This document shows, in pieces, positions 29,370 through 38,153 of a stretch of 64,000 bases of DNA. Origin of the DNA: Acidobacteriota bacterium (GTDB lineage Bacteria; Acidobacteriota; Aminicenantia; Aminicenantales; Saccharicenantaceae); assembly GCA_022711665.1 (NCBI GenBank), contig JAKLEN010000005.1:130619-194618 (forward strand), read 5' to 3'. Every line of letters begins with the position of its first letter. Within the stretch, counting starts at the first letter, position 1. A program made the position numbers and the translations under genes. Below the pieces are notes generated by a model. The model did not search any database. It was given only the letters and a program-made list of their open reading frames with translations, and was not told where the DNA came from.

Positions 29370-29616
29370 GGTCCTTGTCCGGAGGTCCGCGGCCGGAGAG
29401 TTGGCGGACATCCCGAAAAAGGACCTGGCCCGCGTCGTCGCCAGGATCGGCAAGCTGGCCTTGCAGCCGAGGCCCGACGGATGCGAGAAGCTCTCCGGGC
29501 AGGAGAGATACCGGGTCAGGCAGGGGGACTATCGAGTCGTCTACTCGATCGATGACGAGAACCGGGTCGTCGAGATCGTCAAGATCGGCCGCCGCAGCGA
29601 GATCTATCGGCGATAA
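29356..29616 (+). CDS. ParE/RelE-family toxin
   Basis: YRVVYSIDDENRVVEIVKIGRRSEIY C-terminal signature. ATG overlaps the antitoxin stop. Confidence 0.75.
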   Translation: MESYRVLVRRSAAGELADIPKKDLARVVARIGKLALQPRPDGCEKLSGQERYRVRQGDYRVVYSIDDENRVVEIVKIGRRSEIYRR

Positions 29617-29629
29617 GCTGGATCGGCCT

Positions 29630-31357
29630 TCATCCGATCTCGAGGATGCGGTCGAGGCGGAAGGTGCGGCACTCGCCGCGGCTGTGGCAGAAGGCGCGCA
29701 GGCCCTCGAAGGTCCGGCCGTGGTACTCCATCATCTCCACTGATTCGGGCCGGATGCGGCGGCGTGACTTCTTGTCGTCGGGCTTGAGGTAGACGATCTC
29801 GAGCTCGCGGCCGTCGCGGATGGCCTCGAGGAGGAGAGCGCGCTTGTCGGCCGGGGGCAGGGCCTGCTCGGCCTTCTTGTACTGGAAGCGGGTCAGGAAG
29901 CGGACGATGCGCCAGTCCATCAGGATGTGAGCGCGGCGGATGGGCGTCCGCAGGACCAGGCCCTCGAACGAGGTGCAGCGGCTCAGGGCGACGTAGACCT
30001 GGCCGTGGGCGAAGGCGCCGCGGCCGATGTCGACGACCACGCGCTCGAAGGTCTTGCCCTGGCTCTTGTGGATGGTCACGGCCCAGGCCAGGCGCAGCGG
30101 GTACTGGGTGAAGGCGCCGACGGCCTCGGAGTCGATGCGGTCCTCCTCGGCGTCATACTGGAAGCGGAAGAGCTCCCAGGTGTTGGGCCCGACGTCGACC
30201 TCGGCGCCGCCGGCGAGCTCGACCGTGACGATGTCGTCGGCGTCGATGTCCTCCGACTTGCGGATGCGGGCGACGCGGCCGATCGTGCCGTTGACCCAGC
30301 GGCCCTTGCGGTCGTTGGTCAGGAGCATGACCTGGGCGCCGGGCTTGAGCTCGAGGGCCTCCTCGGTCGGCAGGGAGCGGCGGTCGAACTCGCCGTCGAC
30401 GAGGCCCTCGTAGCGGCGGGCGTGGCCGCTCAGGGCGGCCAGCTTCTCGCGGTTGCGGGCGGCAGCCAGGTCGTTGGTGCTGGTCAGGGTGATGTAGAAC
30501 CGGTCGTCGGGCGGGACGAAGGCGGAATCGAGGCGGCTGTTGAGAAGGGCGATCTGGGCGTCGTCGATCGAGCGGTTGCGGATGGCGTTGAGCAGGCCGA
30601 TGAAAGCGGCGTCGTTCTGGCGGTAGACTTTCTCCAGCTCGACGAAGTCCATGTCGAAGCCGGGCTCGGCGAAGACGCGGGCCGAGAAAAAGTAGGGCGA
30701 CTCGTAGCGGGGGGCGGAAGCGCCGGACGTCAGGACGGCGGCGGGGGAGGGGCCGGCGTTCCCGGCGCCCCAGCGGCGGAGCGAGACCGGGTCGGGAGCG
30801 AAGAGGCCGCGCTCCTGGCCGGTGACCACGGGCGGCAGCTGGTAGAGGTCGCCGATGAAGATCATCTGCAGGCCGCCGAAGCGCTCCTTGGGGCGCGGGC
30901 CGTTGAGGCGCAGGAACTTCTCGACGCAGTCCATCAGGTCGGCCCGGACCATCGAGACCTCGTCGATGACGATGGCGTCGAGGTTGCGGTACAGGGCGAC
31001 CCGGTCGGCGGCGGCACCGCGGCCCTTGGAAAGCTTGCGCACCGACTCGGGCGTGACGTCGGGCTTGAAGCCGAAGAACGAGTGGATGGTCTGGCCGCGG
31101 ACGTTGAGGGCGGCGACACCGGTCGGGGCCAGGACGGCGATCTTCTTGAGCGTCTGGTTGCGCCAGAGCTCCAGGAGGGTCGATTTCCCGGTGCCGGCCT
31201 TGCCGGTGATGAAGACGTGGCGCGAGGTGCCCTCCATGATATCGAGTGCCCGCCGGAAACCGGGATTGATCTCGATGGCCGGCGCCTTGCCCGGCGTCCG
31301 GCCCGGAGACCGGTCCGGCTCGTCCGGTTTCGGTTTGCGAGCGCTTTTCCTGGTCAT
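29630..31357 (-). CDS. Pif1/RecD-like SF1 helicase fused to C-terminal WYL domain
   Basis: Walker A GKAGTGKST, Walker B IVIDEVSMV, the Pif1 signature LYQLPPVV, and VYVALSRCTSFEGL. The C-terminus ends ...GECRTFRLDRILEIG (WYL-type). Internal ATG (MTRKSARK) chosen as start. Confidence 0.8.
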   Translation of the reverse strand: MTRKSARKPKPDEPDRSPGRTPGKAPAIEINPGFRRALDIMEGTSRHVFITGKAGTGKSTLLELWRNQTLKKIAVLAPTGVAALNVRGQTIHSFFGFKPDVTPESVRKLSKGRGAAADRVALYRNLDAIVIDEVSMVRADLMDCVEKFLRLNGPRPKERFGGLQMIFIGDLYQLPPVVTGQERGLFAPDPVSLRRWGAGNAGPSPAAVLTSGASAPRYESPYFFSARVFAEPGFDMDFVELEKVYRQNDAAFIGLLNAIRNRSIDDAQIALLNSRLDSAFVPPDDRFYITLTSTNDLAAARNREKLAALSGHARRYEGLVDGEFDRRSLPTEEALELKPGAQVMLLTNDRKGRWVNGTIGRVARIRKSEDIDADDIVTVELAGGAEVDVGPNTWELFRFQYDAEEDRIDSEAVGAFTQYPLRLAWAVTIHKSQGKTFERVVVDIGRGAFAHGQVYVALSRCTSFEGLVLRTPIRRAHILMDWRIVRFLTRFQYKKAEQALPPADKRALLLEAIRDGRELEIVYLKPDDKKSRRRIRPESVEMMEYHGRTFEGLRAFCHSRGECRTFRLDRILEIG

Positions 31358-31542
31358 CCCGGGGATTTTCTCCCAAATCAGACGCCGACGCAATCGGTCC
31401 GTTCGTCGGCGCATCGCTTCCGCCGTTCTAGAGGACGATCCGGAGGAGGCGCTTTTCTCACGCCGGCGCCGGGCTTGCGCCAAGTCCGTCCGGTTATGTA
31501 TACTTCCCGTCAATCATCTTCCTTGACGGCACGGGGGCGGAC

Positions 31543-33027
31543 ATGGCGGGATCCATCATCGTCATCGGCGCCGGCGTGGGCGGGCTGGCGGCGGGCATCT
31601 ACGGCCGGATGAACGGCTTCGACACCAAGATCTTTGAGATGAACGCCGTGCCGGGCGGGCAGTGCTGCGCCTGGAAACGGGGCGGCTACACGTTCGACGG
31701 CTGCATCCACCACCTGTTCGGGTGCGCGCCGGGCTCGCGGCTATACGGCCTGTGGCAGGAGCTGGGGGCCATGCCGCGGGCGATGGTCCAGCCCGAGGAG
31801 TGCACCAGCGTCCTGGCGCCGGACGGGCGGCTGTTCCGCGATTATTACGACCTCGACCGGCTGCGGGCCCACATGACGGAGCTGGCGCCGGGCGATGCCG
31901 CGGCCATCGACGAGTACGTTCGGGGCTGCCGGGCCTTTGTCGGCGCGGATCGTCTCGGCGAGATGATGCTCGGGACGGGGGCGGGACGGGCCAGGGCCCT
32001 GGTCGGGATGGCGGCGCGGCTGAAATGGCTGACGCCAACGATGGAAAAATTCGGCCGGCGGTTCAAGGACCTGTTCCTGAAGCGGGCCGTGCCTCAGCTC
32101 GTCTATTCGAATCCCGCGGCGCCGCTCTTCGTGCATCTCGTTCGTCACGGCTATGGCGCGGCAGGATCTCTCCAGTGGCCGAGCGGCGGGACGCTGCCGT
32201 TCGCGCTGTCGATCGCGCGGCGTTACAAGGAGCTGGGCGGCGAGATCGCGTACAGCAGTCGGGTCGAGAGGATCCTGACCGAGAACGGGCGGGCGGTCGG
32301 GGTCCGGCTGGCCGACGGCGGTGAGCACCGGGCCGACGTCGTCATCTCGGACGCGGACGGCCGCAAGACCATCATGGACATGCTCGAGGGACGGTTCGTC
32401 GACGACGGGGTGCGACGGGCCTGCGGCGAGCCGCCGGAAACGACGGCTTGGTCGGTCCACGTCTATCTGGGCGTCAAGCGCGATCTGACGGGCGAGCCGT
32501 CGGCCATGATCATGCTGCTCGACGAGCCGGTCGAGATCGCCGGGCACCGCTGCGAGACCCTGGAGATGCAGATCTACGGCTTCGACCGGACGATGGCGCC
32601 GGCGGGGAAGAGCGTCATCAAGGCCGAGCTCTTCTCGGACTACTCGTACTGGAAGCGCCTGGCCGGGGATCGGGCCCGATACGAAGAAGAGAAGGCCCGG
32701 GCGGCCGACCGGACGATCGACGTGCTCGAGCGGCGTTGGCCCGGGCTGCGGGCGCAGGTCGAGACGATCGACGTGCCGACGCAGCTGACTTGGGAGCGGT
32801 ATATGGGCGGGACGCACGGGTTCGCCAATATGCCTGCCAAGAAAGCTTCGCTCTGGTCCGGATTGAAGGGGGCCGGCGGGGACATGACCCTGCCCGGGCT
32901 CGACCGGTTCTATTTCGTGGGGGTGTGGGCCAGCATGTCCGGGTCGCTGTTCGGCAACGCGCTGTCGGGGCGCCGGGCCATCCAGGAGCTCTGCCGGCGG
33001 CTGAAGCGGCCCTTTATCATTACTTGA
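31543..33027 (+). CDS. FAD/NAD(P)-dependent oxidoreductase, phytoene desaturase (CrtI)-like family
   Basis: N-terminal dinucleotide-binding IIVIGAGVGGLAAG motif and CrtI-like length. Confidence 0.75.
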   Translation: MAGSIIVIGAGVGGLAAGIYGRMNGFDTKIFEMNAVPGGQCCAWKRGGYTFDGCIHHLFGCAPGSRLYGLWQELGAMPRAMVQPEECTSVLAPDGRLFRDYYDLDRLRAHMTELAPGDAAAIDEYVRGCRAFVGADRLGEMMLGTGAGRARALVGMAARLKWLTPTMEKFGRRFKDLFLKRAVPQLVYSNPAAPLFVHLVRHGYGAAGSLQWPSGGTLPFALSIARRYKELGGEIAYSSRVERILTENGRAVGVRLADGGEHRADVVISDADGRKTIMDMLEGRFVDDGVRRACGEPPETTAWSVHVYLGVKRDLTGEPSAMIMLLDEPVEIAGHRCETLEMQIYGFDRTMAPAGKSVIKAELFSDYSYWKRLAGDRARYEEEKARAADRTIDVLERRWPGLRAQVETIDVPTQLTWERYMGGTHGFANMPAKKASLWSGLKGAGGDMTLPGLDRFYFVGVWASMSGSLFGNALSGRRAIQELCRRLKRPFIIT

Positions 33028-33040
33028 ACGCTGCCATCCG

Positions 33041-33616
33041 TCAGTAATGCTTCTGGATGCCGCCGAACCCTACGATCCGGTTGGCCCTGGTCGCGCGTAG
33101 GAAGCTGCGGAGGCGCTTGGCGAATTCCTCCGGCCGGCCGCGGGCGGCGTCGATATAGCCGATGCGGATGCGTTTGTAGGAGCCGGAGAAGGCCCGGTAG
33201 TTCTTCCAAGTCGCCGGGTCGGCCTTCAGGGCGGCCAGGATGTCCGGCGGAACGACGAGAGGCTTCTCGACGAGCAACGGGCGGACCTTTTCCAGGACCT
33301 CCGGGACGACCTTGCCTCCGGCCGCCATGGCCCGGAGCCGGACCAGGTTGGCCTCTGAGTAGGGGCTCTTCGGCTGGCGCGGCGTGAACCGTTGGGCGAA
33401 GCGGCCCTCGTCGATCCTCTTGGCCGTGCTGTCGATCCAGCCGAAGGCCAGGGCCTCTTCGACGGCATCGTTGTAAGCGACACGCGGCAGGCCGGAGCTC
33501 TTTTTGGCGAAGACGAGCCAGACCTCGTTGGACGTCTTGTAGTGCCGGCGCAGCCAGGCCCGCCACTCCGAGCGTTTGGAGACGTTCAGCAGTCGAGTCG
33601 GGTCGATCGCCGGCAT
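33041..33616 (-). CDS. YdeI/OmpD-associated family protein (DUF1801-like)
   Basis: WLVFAKKSSGLP...EEALAFGWIDS pattern. Start taken at the internal ATG (MPAIDPTRL). Confidence 0.55.
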   Translation of the reverse strand: MPAIDPTRLLNVSKRSEWRAWLRRHYKTSNEVWLVFAKKSSGLPRVAYNDAVEEALAFGWIDSTAKRIDEGRFAQRFTPRQPKSPYSEANLVRLRAMAAGGKVVPEVLEKVRPLLVEKPLVVPPDILAALKADPATWKNYRAFSGSYKRIRIGYIDAARGRPEEFAKRLRSFLRATRANRIVGFGGIQKHY

Positions 33617-33632
33617 CGCGGGCTCGCGGCTC

Positions 33633-36600
33633 TTACTTGATCTCCTTGAGGAGCTCGGTGACGGCGGCTTCAAGCTGCTCGTCGCGGCCCTTGGCCACCC
33701 GCTCAAAGGTGTTCATGACCTTGACGTCGGGCTCCGTCTGGTGGTTGTCGAGGTAGCCGATGCCCTCCACCTTGACGCCCATCGGAACGACGCCCCAGCG
33801 CACGCCGCTCGCGCCCAGCATCTCCCAGCCGGCGAACGAGCAGGTGCCCGGCACGGGCATGCCGACGAGCTTGCCCAGCTTGAGGTACTGGTAGGCGAAG
33901 GCATAGCAGTGGCCGTCGCTGTACTGGGCTTCGCCGACGATCGAGATCGACGGCTTGGTCCAGCGGAAATTCGGCTCGTAGCCGGTGCTGCGCTTGTCGC
34001 TGGTGTAATCGAAGAACTTCTTGCCGCTCAGGAACATGGCCAGGTCGGCCACCAGGTCCCCGCCGCCGTTGAAGCGGGTGTCCACGACGAGCGCCTCCTT
34101 GTTGGCGAACTTGCCCATGACCTCCTCGAAGGCCGAGCGGTAGGCGCTGTCGCTCATGCCCGGCACATGGATGTAGCCGAGGCGCCCGCCGCCGAGCTTC
34201 TCGACCTCGGCCTGGTTCCGCAGGACCCAGCGTCGGTAGAGAAGATTGCTCTCCTCGCGCGGCGAGATGGGCTTGACCGTGATTTCGCGCCGGAGGGGCG
34301 CCGCGCTTTTAACCGCGCCTTTGGCCGCCGCCGGCGCCGCCGGAGCCGTGAGCGTCAGCAGGACGTTCTGCCCGGCCCGGCGGTTGAGGTAGCGCTCGAT
34401 GTCCTTGTCGGGCGCGATGGTCTCGCCGTCCACCGCCTCGATGACGGTCCCGGGCGCGATATCGAAGCCGGCCTTGTCGAGCGGCCCGCCGGCCATGACC
34501 TCGACGACCTTGACGCCGGGGCCGGCGTAGGCCGGGTCGTAGAAGGCGCCGAGCGAGGCCGTCTCGTCGGCGTTCTCCATCTGCCGGCCGTAGCGCGCCC
34601 CACTGTGGCTGACGTTGAGCTCGCCCAGCATCTCCGACAGGAGCTCGGCCATGTCGTAGCCGTCGCTGATGCCGCTCAGGTGCTTCTCGTAGACGGGCTT
34701 GAGGGAATCCCAATCGGCCCCGTGATACCCGGCCGTATAGAACGTCTCCAGCACCTGGCGCCAGACGTGCTCGAACTGCGCCCGGCGCTCGGCGGCCGCG
34801 TCGACCGTCATCTCGCCCTTGATCCGGACGGGCTCGCGCTTGCCGCTGGCCGGGTCAACCTTGGCCACGGCTCCGTCGGCCAGGAGGAAGATCGACTTCT
34901 GGTCCTTGTCCCAGACCAGGCGCCCGCCGTTGGCGTCGAGGCCGGCCAGCATCCGGGTCTCGCGCGTCTTGAGGTTGGTCGTCCACAGGTTCAGGCCCTT
35001 TTCGAAGCGGGCCAGGTAATAGAGGGTGTCGCCGTCCTTGTTGACCAGGGCGTCGCCCAGCGACGAAGAGTGCAGGGTCAGCCGCGACTTGCGCAGAGCC
35101 AGGTCGGTCCAGTCGATGACCAGCGGCTTGACCTCGTCCTTCTTCTCCTTGTCCGCCGCCGCCTTGTCCTTGGGCGCCTCGGGCTTGGTCTTTTTCTCCT
35201 CGATGTCCTTGAGCAGGGCGGCCTCCTCCTTGGTCAGGCGGAAGCGGTCCCAGGCCTCGCGGGTGAAGAACAGGGCGTAAGCGTCGTACTGCGCGGCGCC
35301 GCTCTGGGCCACGGACTTCAGGCCGTCGCGGTTGCTGAACCAGAGCATGCCCTGGCCGCCGAGGATCCACTTGGCCTGGCGGTCCTCGAAGCCGCTCTCG
35401 GTCAGGTTGACGATCTTGCCCGAGCCGTCGGCCTTGACCAGGCCGATCTCGGCGGGGGCGAAGCCGGGGACGGAGTAGTCGAAGAGGATCCACTGGCCGT
35501 CCGGGCTCCACTGGTAGTATTGGCTGCCGCCGGCCGACGGGGCCAGCTGGCGGTCGGTCAGGAGCGTCAGCGCCTGCTTGGTGGCCAGGTCGAGGACCTT
35601 GAGGGTGGCGCGGTCCTCGACGAAGGCCAGCTTCTTGCCGTCGGGTGAATAGGCCGGCTGGGTGTTCTGGCGGGCATTGACGACGAGCGGCGTCTCCTTG
35701 AGCAGGGTCGAGGCGTAGAAGTAGGGCTCTTCGGTCCGGGCCCGGCGGGTCTCGTAAACGCCCCAATGGCCGTCGCGCTCCGAGGCGTAGACGATGGCGT
35801 TGCCGTCGGGGGAGAAGGAGACGGCGGTCTCGTCGCCGAAGGACGAAGTGACCCGCTTGGTCAGGCCGCCGTCGACGCCGGCGGCGAAGATGCCGCCGCG
35901 GGAGACGACCGCGATCTCCTTGCCGCCGGGCGATACGGCGAACTCCCGGACCTCGCCGCCGGCCGGGACGACGATCTCGTTGTTGGCCCGGGCGTCGGAG
36001 GCGATGAGGATCGGGACGCGGACGGGCGCGGCCGTGTCGCCGCGCTGGGTGTAGACGGCGCCGTCGTAGCCGAAGCAGAGCGTGCCGTCGTCGGCGCGCG
36101 ACAGGAAGCGGACCGGGTTCTTGGCGAACTTCGTGATCTGGGTCGAGGCGCCGCCTTCCGCCGCCAGGCGGTGGACGTTGAACGTGCCGCTCTCCTCGCT
36201 CAGGTAGTAGAAGCCCTTCTCGTCGGAGGTGAAAACGGGGCTCCGGTCCTCGCCGGCGAACCCGGTGATCCTGCGGTGCTGGCCGGTCTGGGTGTCGTAG
36301 GCCCAGATGTCGCGGGCGATGGCCGAGACGTGGTGCTTGCGCCACTCGTTCTCGCCGCCCTTTTTATCGTGGTAGAGGAGGAGACGGCCGTCGCGGCTGA
36401 GCTTGGCGTCCTCGGCCGGCGTGCCGAGGATCTGGACGGCGCGGCCTCCGGCGGCCGGGACCTTGTAGAGCTCGGGCTGCGAGCCGGCCGGGAAGGTCCG
36501 GTTGTCGGCCGCGTCGAGGCGGGCGGCGCCGAAGAGGACGGCTTGGTCGCCAGGCGTGAACGAATAGGGGATCTCGGAAGCCGAATGGTAGGTCAGGCGG

Positions 36601-36983
36601 CGGGCCTCGCCACCGGCCGCGGGCATGATGAAGACGTCGAAGTTGCCGTAGCGGTCGCTGGCGAAGGCGATGGACTTGCCGTCGCGGCTCCAGACGGGGT
36701 TGGTGTCGTGGGCCTCATGCAGCGTCAGCGGGACGGCCGCGCCGCCGTCGGCGGGGACGCGGTAGATGTCGCCCTTGTAGACGAAGGCGATGGCCGCGCC
36801 GTCGGGCGAGATGGCCGGGTAACGCAGCCACGTGGGAAGATTGTCGGCGGCCGGGCCGGCGGCCTGGAGGGCCGGCAGCGGGCCGGGGACGAGGACAGCC
36901 GCGGGATCGGCCGCGGCGATCGTGGCGAGGCCGAGAACGGCCAGGATGGGAACGAGGGCGAGGCTGGCTTTCTGACGCTTCAT
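33633..36983 (-). CDS. Tricorn protease homologue (beta-propellers + PDZ + S41 peptidase domain), secreted
   Basis: 1116-aa product starting MKRQKASLAL with signal peptide. TAAGGAGA RBS. WD40/Tol-like propeller repeats, a PDZ segment and a C-terminal S41-like domain. The track ORF 33633..38042 is a read-through artefact upstream of this start. Confidence 0.8.
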   Translation of the reverse strand: MKRQKASLALVPILAVLGLATIAAADPAAVLVPGPLPALQAAGPAADNLPTWLRYPAISPDGAAIAFVYKGDIYRVPADGGAAVPLTLHEAHDTNPVWSRDGKSIAFASDRYGNFDVFIMPAAGGEARRLTYHSASEIPYSFTPGDQAVLFGAARLDAADNRTFPAGSQPELYKVPAAGGRAVQILGTPAEDAKLSRDGRLLLYHDKKGGENEWRKHHVSAIARDIWAYDTQTGQHRRITGFAGEDRSPVFTSDEKGFYYLSEESGTFNVHRLAAEGGASTQITKFAKNPVRFLSRADDGTLCFGYDGAVYTQRGDTAAPVRVPILIASDARANNEIVVPAGGEVREFAVSPGGKEIAVVSRGGIFAAGVDGGLTKRVTSSFGDETAVSFSPDGNAIVYASERDGHWGVYETRRARTEEPYFYASTLLKETPLVVNARQNTQPAYSPDGKKLAFVEDRATLKVLDLATKQALTLLTDRQLAPSAGGSQYYQWSPDGQWILFDYSVPGFAPAEIGLVKADGSGKIVNLTESGFEDRQAKWILGGQGMLWFSNRDGLKSVAQSGAAQYDAYALFFTREAWDRFRLTKEEAALLKDIEEKKTKPEAPKDKAAADKEKKDEVKPLVIDWTDLALRKSRLTLHSSSLGDALVNKDGDTLYYLARFEKGLNLWTTNLKTRETRMLAGLDANGGRLVWDKDQKSIFLLADGAVAKVDPASGKREPVRIKGEMTVDAAAERRAQFEHVWRQVLETFYTAGYHGADWDSLKPVYEKHLSGISDGYDMAELLSEMLGELNVSHSGARYGRQMENADETASLGAFYDPAYAGPGVKVVEVMAGGPLDKAGFDIAPGTVIEAVDGETIAPDKDIERYLNRRAGQNVLLTLTAPAAPAAAKGAVKSAAPLRREITVKPISPREESNLLYRRWVLRNQAEVEKLGGGRLGYIHVPGMSDSAYRSAFEEVMGKFANKEALVVDTRFNGGGDLVADLAMFLSGKKFFDYTSDKRSTGYEPNFRWTKPSISIVGEAQYSDGHCYAFAYQYLKLGKLVGMPVPGTCSFAGWEMLGASGVRWGVVPMGVKVEGIGYLDNHQTEPDVKVMNTFERVAKGRDEQLEAAVTELLKEIK

Positions 36984-37024
36984 CGGGGTCTCCTTAATAT
37001 TGGCCTTCCAGATGGCGATGATAC

Positions 37025-38014
37025 CTATTTCGATTTGATGGCGAAGGAGAAGGCGCCCTTCGGGCAGCAGGAATTGACGCAGACGGTGCAGGAGAAGCAG
37101 TCGGGCCGTATGGCCGCGTCCTTCAGGATCTCCGGCACGGTTGGGCAGGGGGACTTCGCGGCGCAGGCGGCGCAATCGGTGCAGGCGGACTTGCGGCGGA
37201 CGACGCGGAACAAGGCGAAGTTCTCGACGAGGTTGGTCAGCAGGCCGATGGGGCAAACAAGGTAGCAGAACGGCCGGTAAACGATGAACGCGAAGCCGAG
37301 CGTCAGCAGGAAGGGCAGGAAGTGGAAGAGGTTGTCGAGCAGCGTCGGCTGGATGGCGATCTCGTAGCCGTGGAAGGCGTTGATGTAGTCGTAGAGCGAC
37401 AGGGCCACGGTCTGGCCGTTCTGCGACGTCGTGTGCAGGACGGCGGCGCCGCTGAGGAAGACGAAGAGCAGGAAGATGCCGACGCGGACGCCCTGCGTGG
37501 CCCGGAAGCTCCATTTGCGGCGGCGGATGCGGAGCTTGTCGGCGAGCATGGCGATAAGCTCCTGGATGGCGCCGACCGGGCAGACCCAGCCGCAGAAAAG
37601 CCGTGGCCCGACGAGCGTCAGCACGAGGATGACCGCCAGGAAGGCGATCATGGGCGGCCGGAAGCCGTAAAGCACGGACTTCGTCGCCGAGCAGATGGGG
37701 GAGGGGTGCATGGCGAAGCCGGCGAACAGCTTCGTCGGCAGGTTGGCGGCGACGCCGTAGAGGAAGGTCGAAAGGACCAGGATCGGCACCTTGACCGTGT
37801 TCTTCATCTTCCGGGTGAGGAGCAGGATCAGGGCCACGAAGCCGATGACCAGCATGGTCGCGAACTTGGGGCGGGCGATGATCGCCAGGATCCCGGCCGC
37901 TCCCTGGCGGCCGCGGCCCTGGCCCTGTTGGGCGGCGGCGAGGACGGCTGGAAGAGCGATCAGGACCGCTGCTGCGAGGCCGGCGATCTGGCCGGCGCGT
38001 CGGGCGTTTCGCAT
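37025..38014 (-). CDS. Membrane 4Fe-4S ferredoxin-type protein (NapH/MauN-like)
   Basis: CGWVCPVGA and CYLVCPIG cluster motifs, a C-terminal CxxCxxC...C segment, and several TM helices. Confidence 0.7.
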   Translation of the reverse strand: MRNARRAGQIAGLAAAVLIALPAVLAAAQQGQGRGRQGAAGILAIIARPKFATMLVIGFVALILLLTRKMKNTVKVPILVLSTFLYGVAANLPTKLFAGFAMHPSPICSATKSVLYGFRPPMIAFLAVILVLTLVGPRLFCGWVCPVGAIQELIAMLADKLRIRRRKWSFRATQGVRVGIFLLFVFLSGAAVLHTTSQNGQTVALSLYDYINAFHGYEIAIQPTLLDNLFHFLPFLLTLGFAFIVYRPFCYLVCPIGLLTNLVENFALFRVVRRKSACTDCAACAAKSPCPTVPEILKDAAIRPDCFSCTVCVNSCCPKGAFSFAIKSK

Positions 38015-38153
38015 GGCAACCTCCGGTTATGGGTCCGCTCATTCTAACCGAAACGGCTGGATATGGCCACCGCTATCGTTTCGCGGCCCGGCCGCCTCGC
38101 GAGGGAAGGGATTGTGATCGATCTCCGGGAACGCCTGCGGGGGCTGGGGCCTG

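Noticed and set aside
33633-38042. 1469-aa ORF spanning tricorn protease and beyond
   Set aside because: The N-terminal ~350 residues are low-complexity Arg/Pro-rich read-through typical of high-GC DNA. The real protein starts at MKRQKAS (36983), with a signal peptide and TAAGGAGA RBS.
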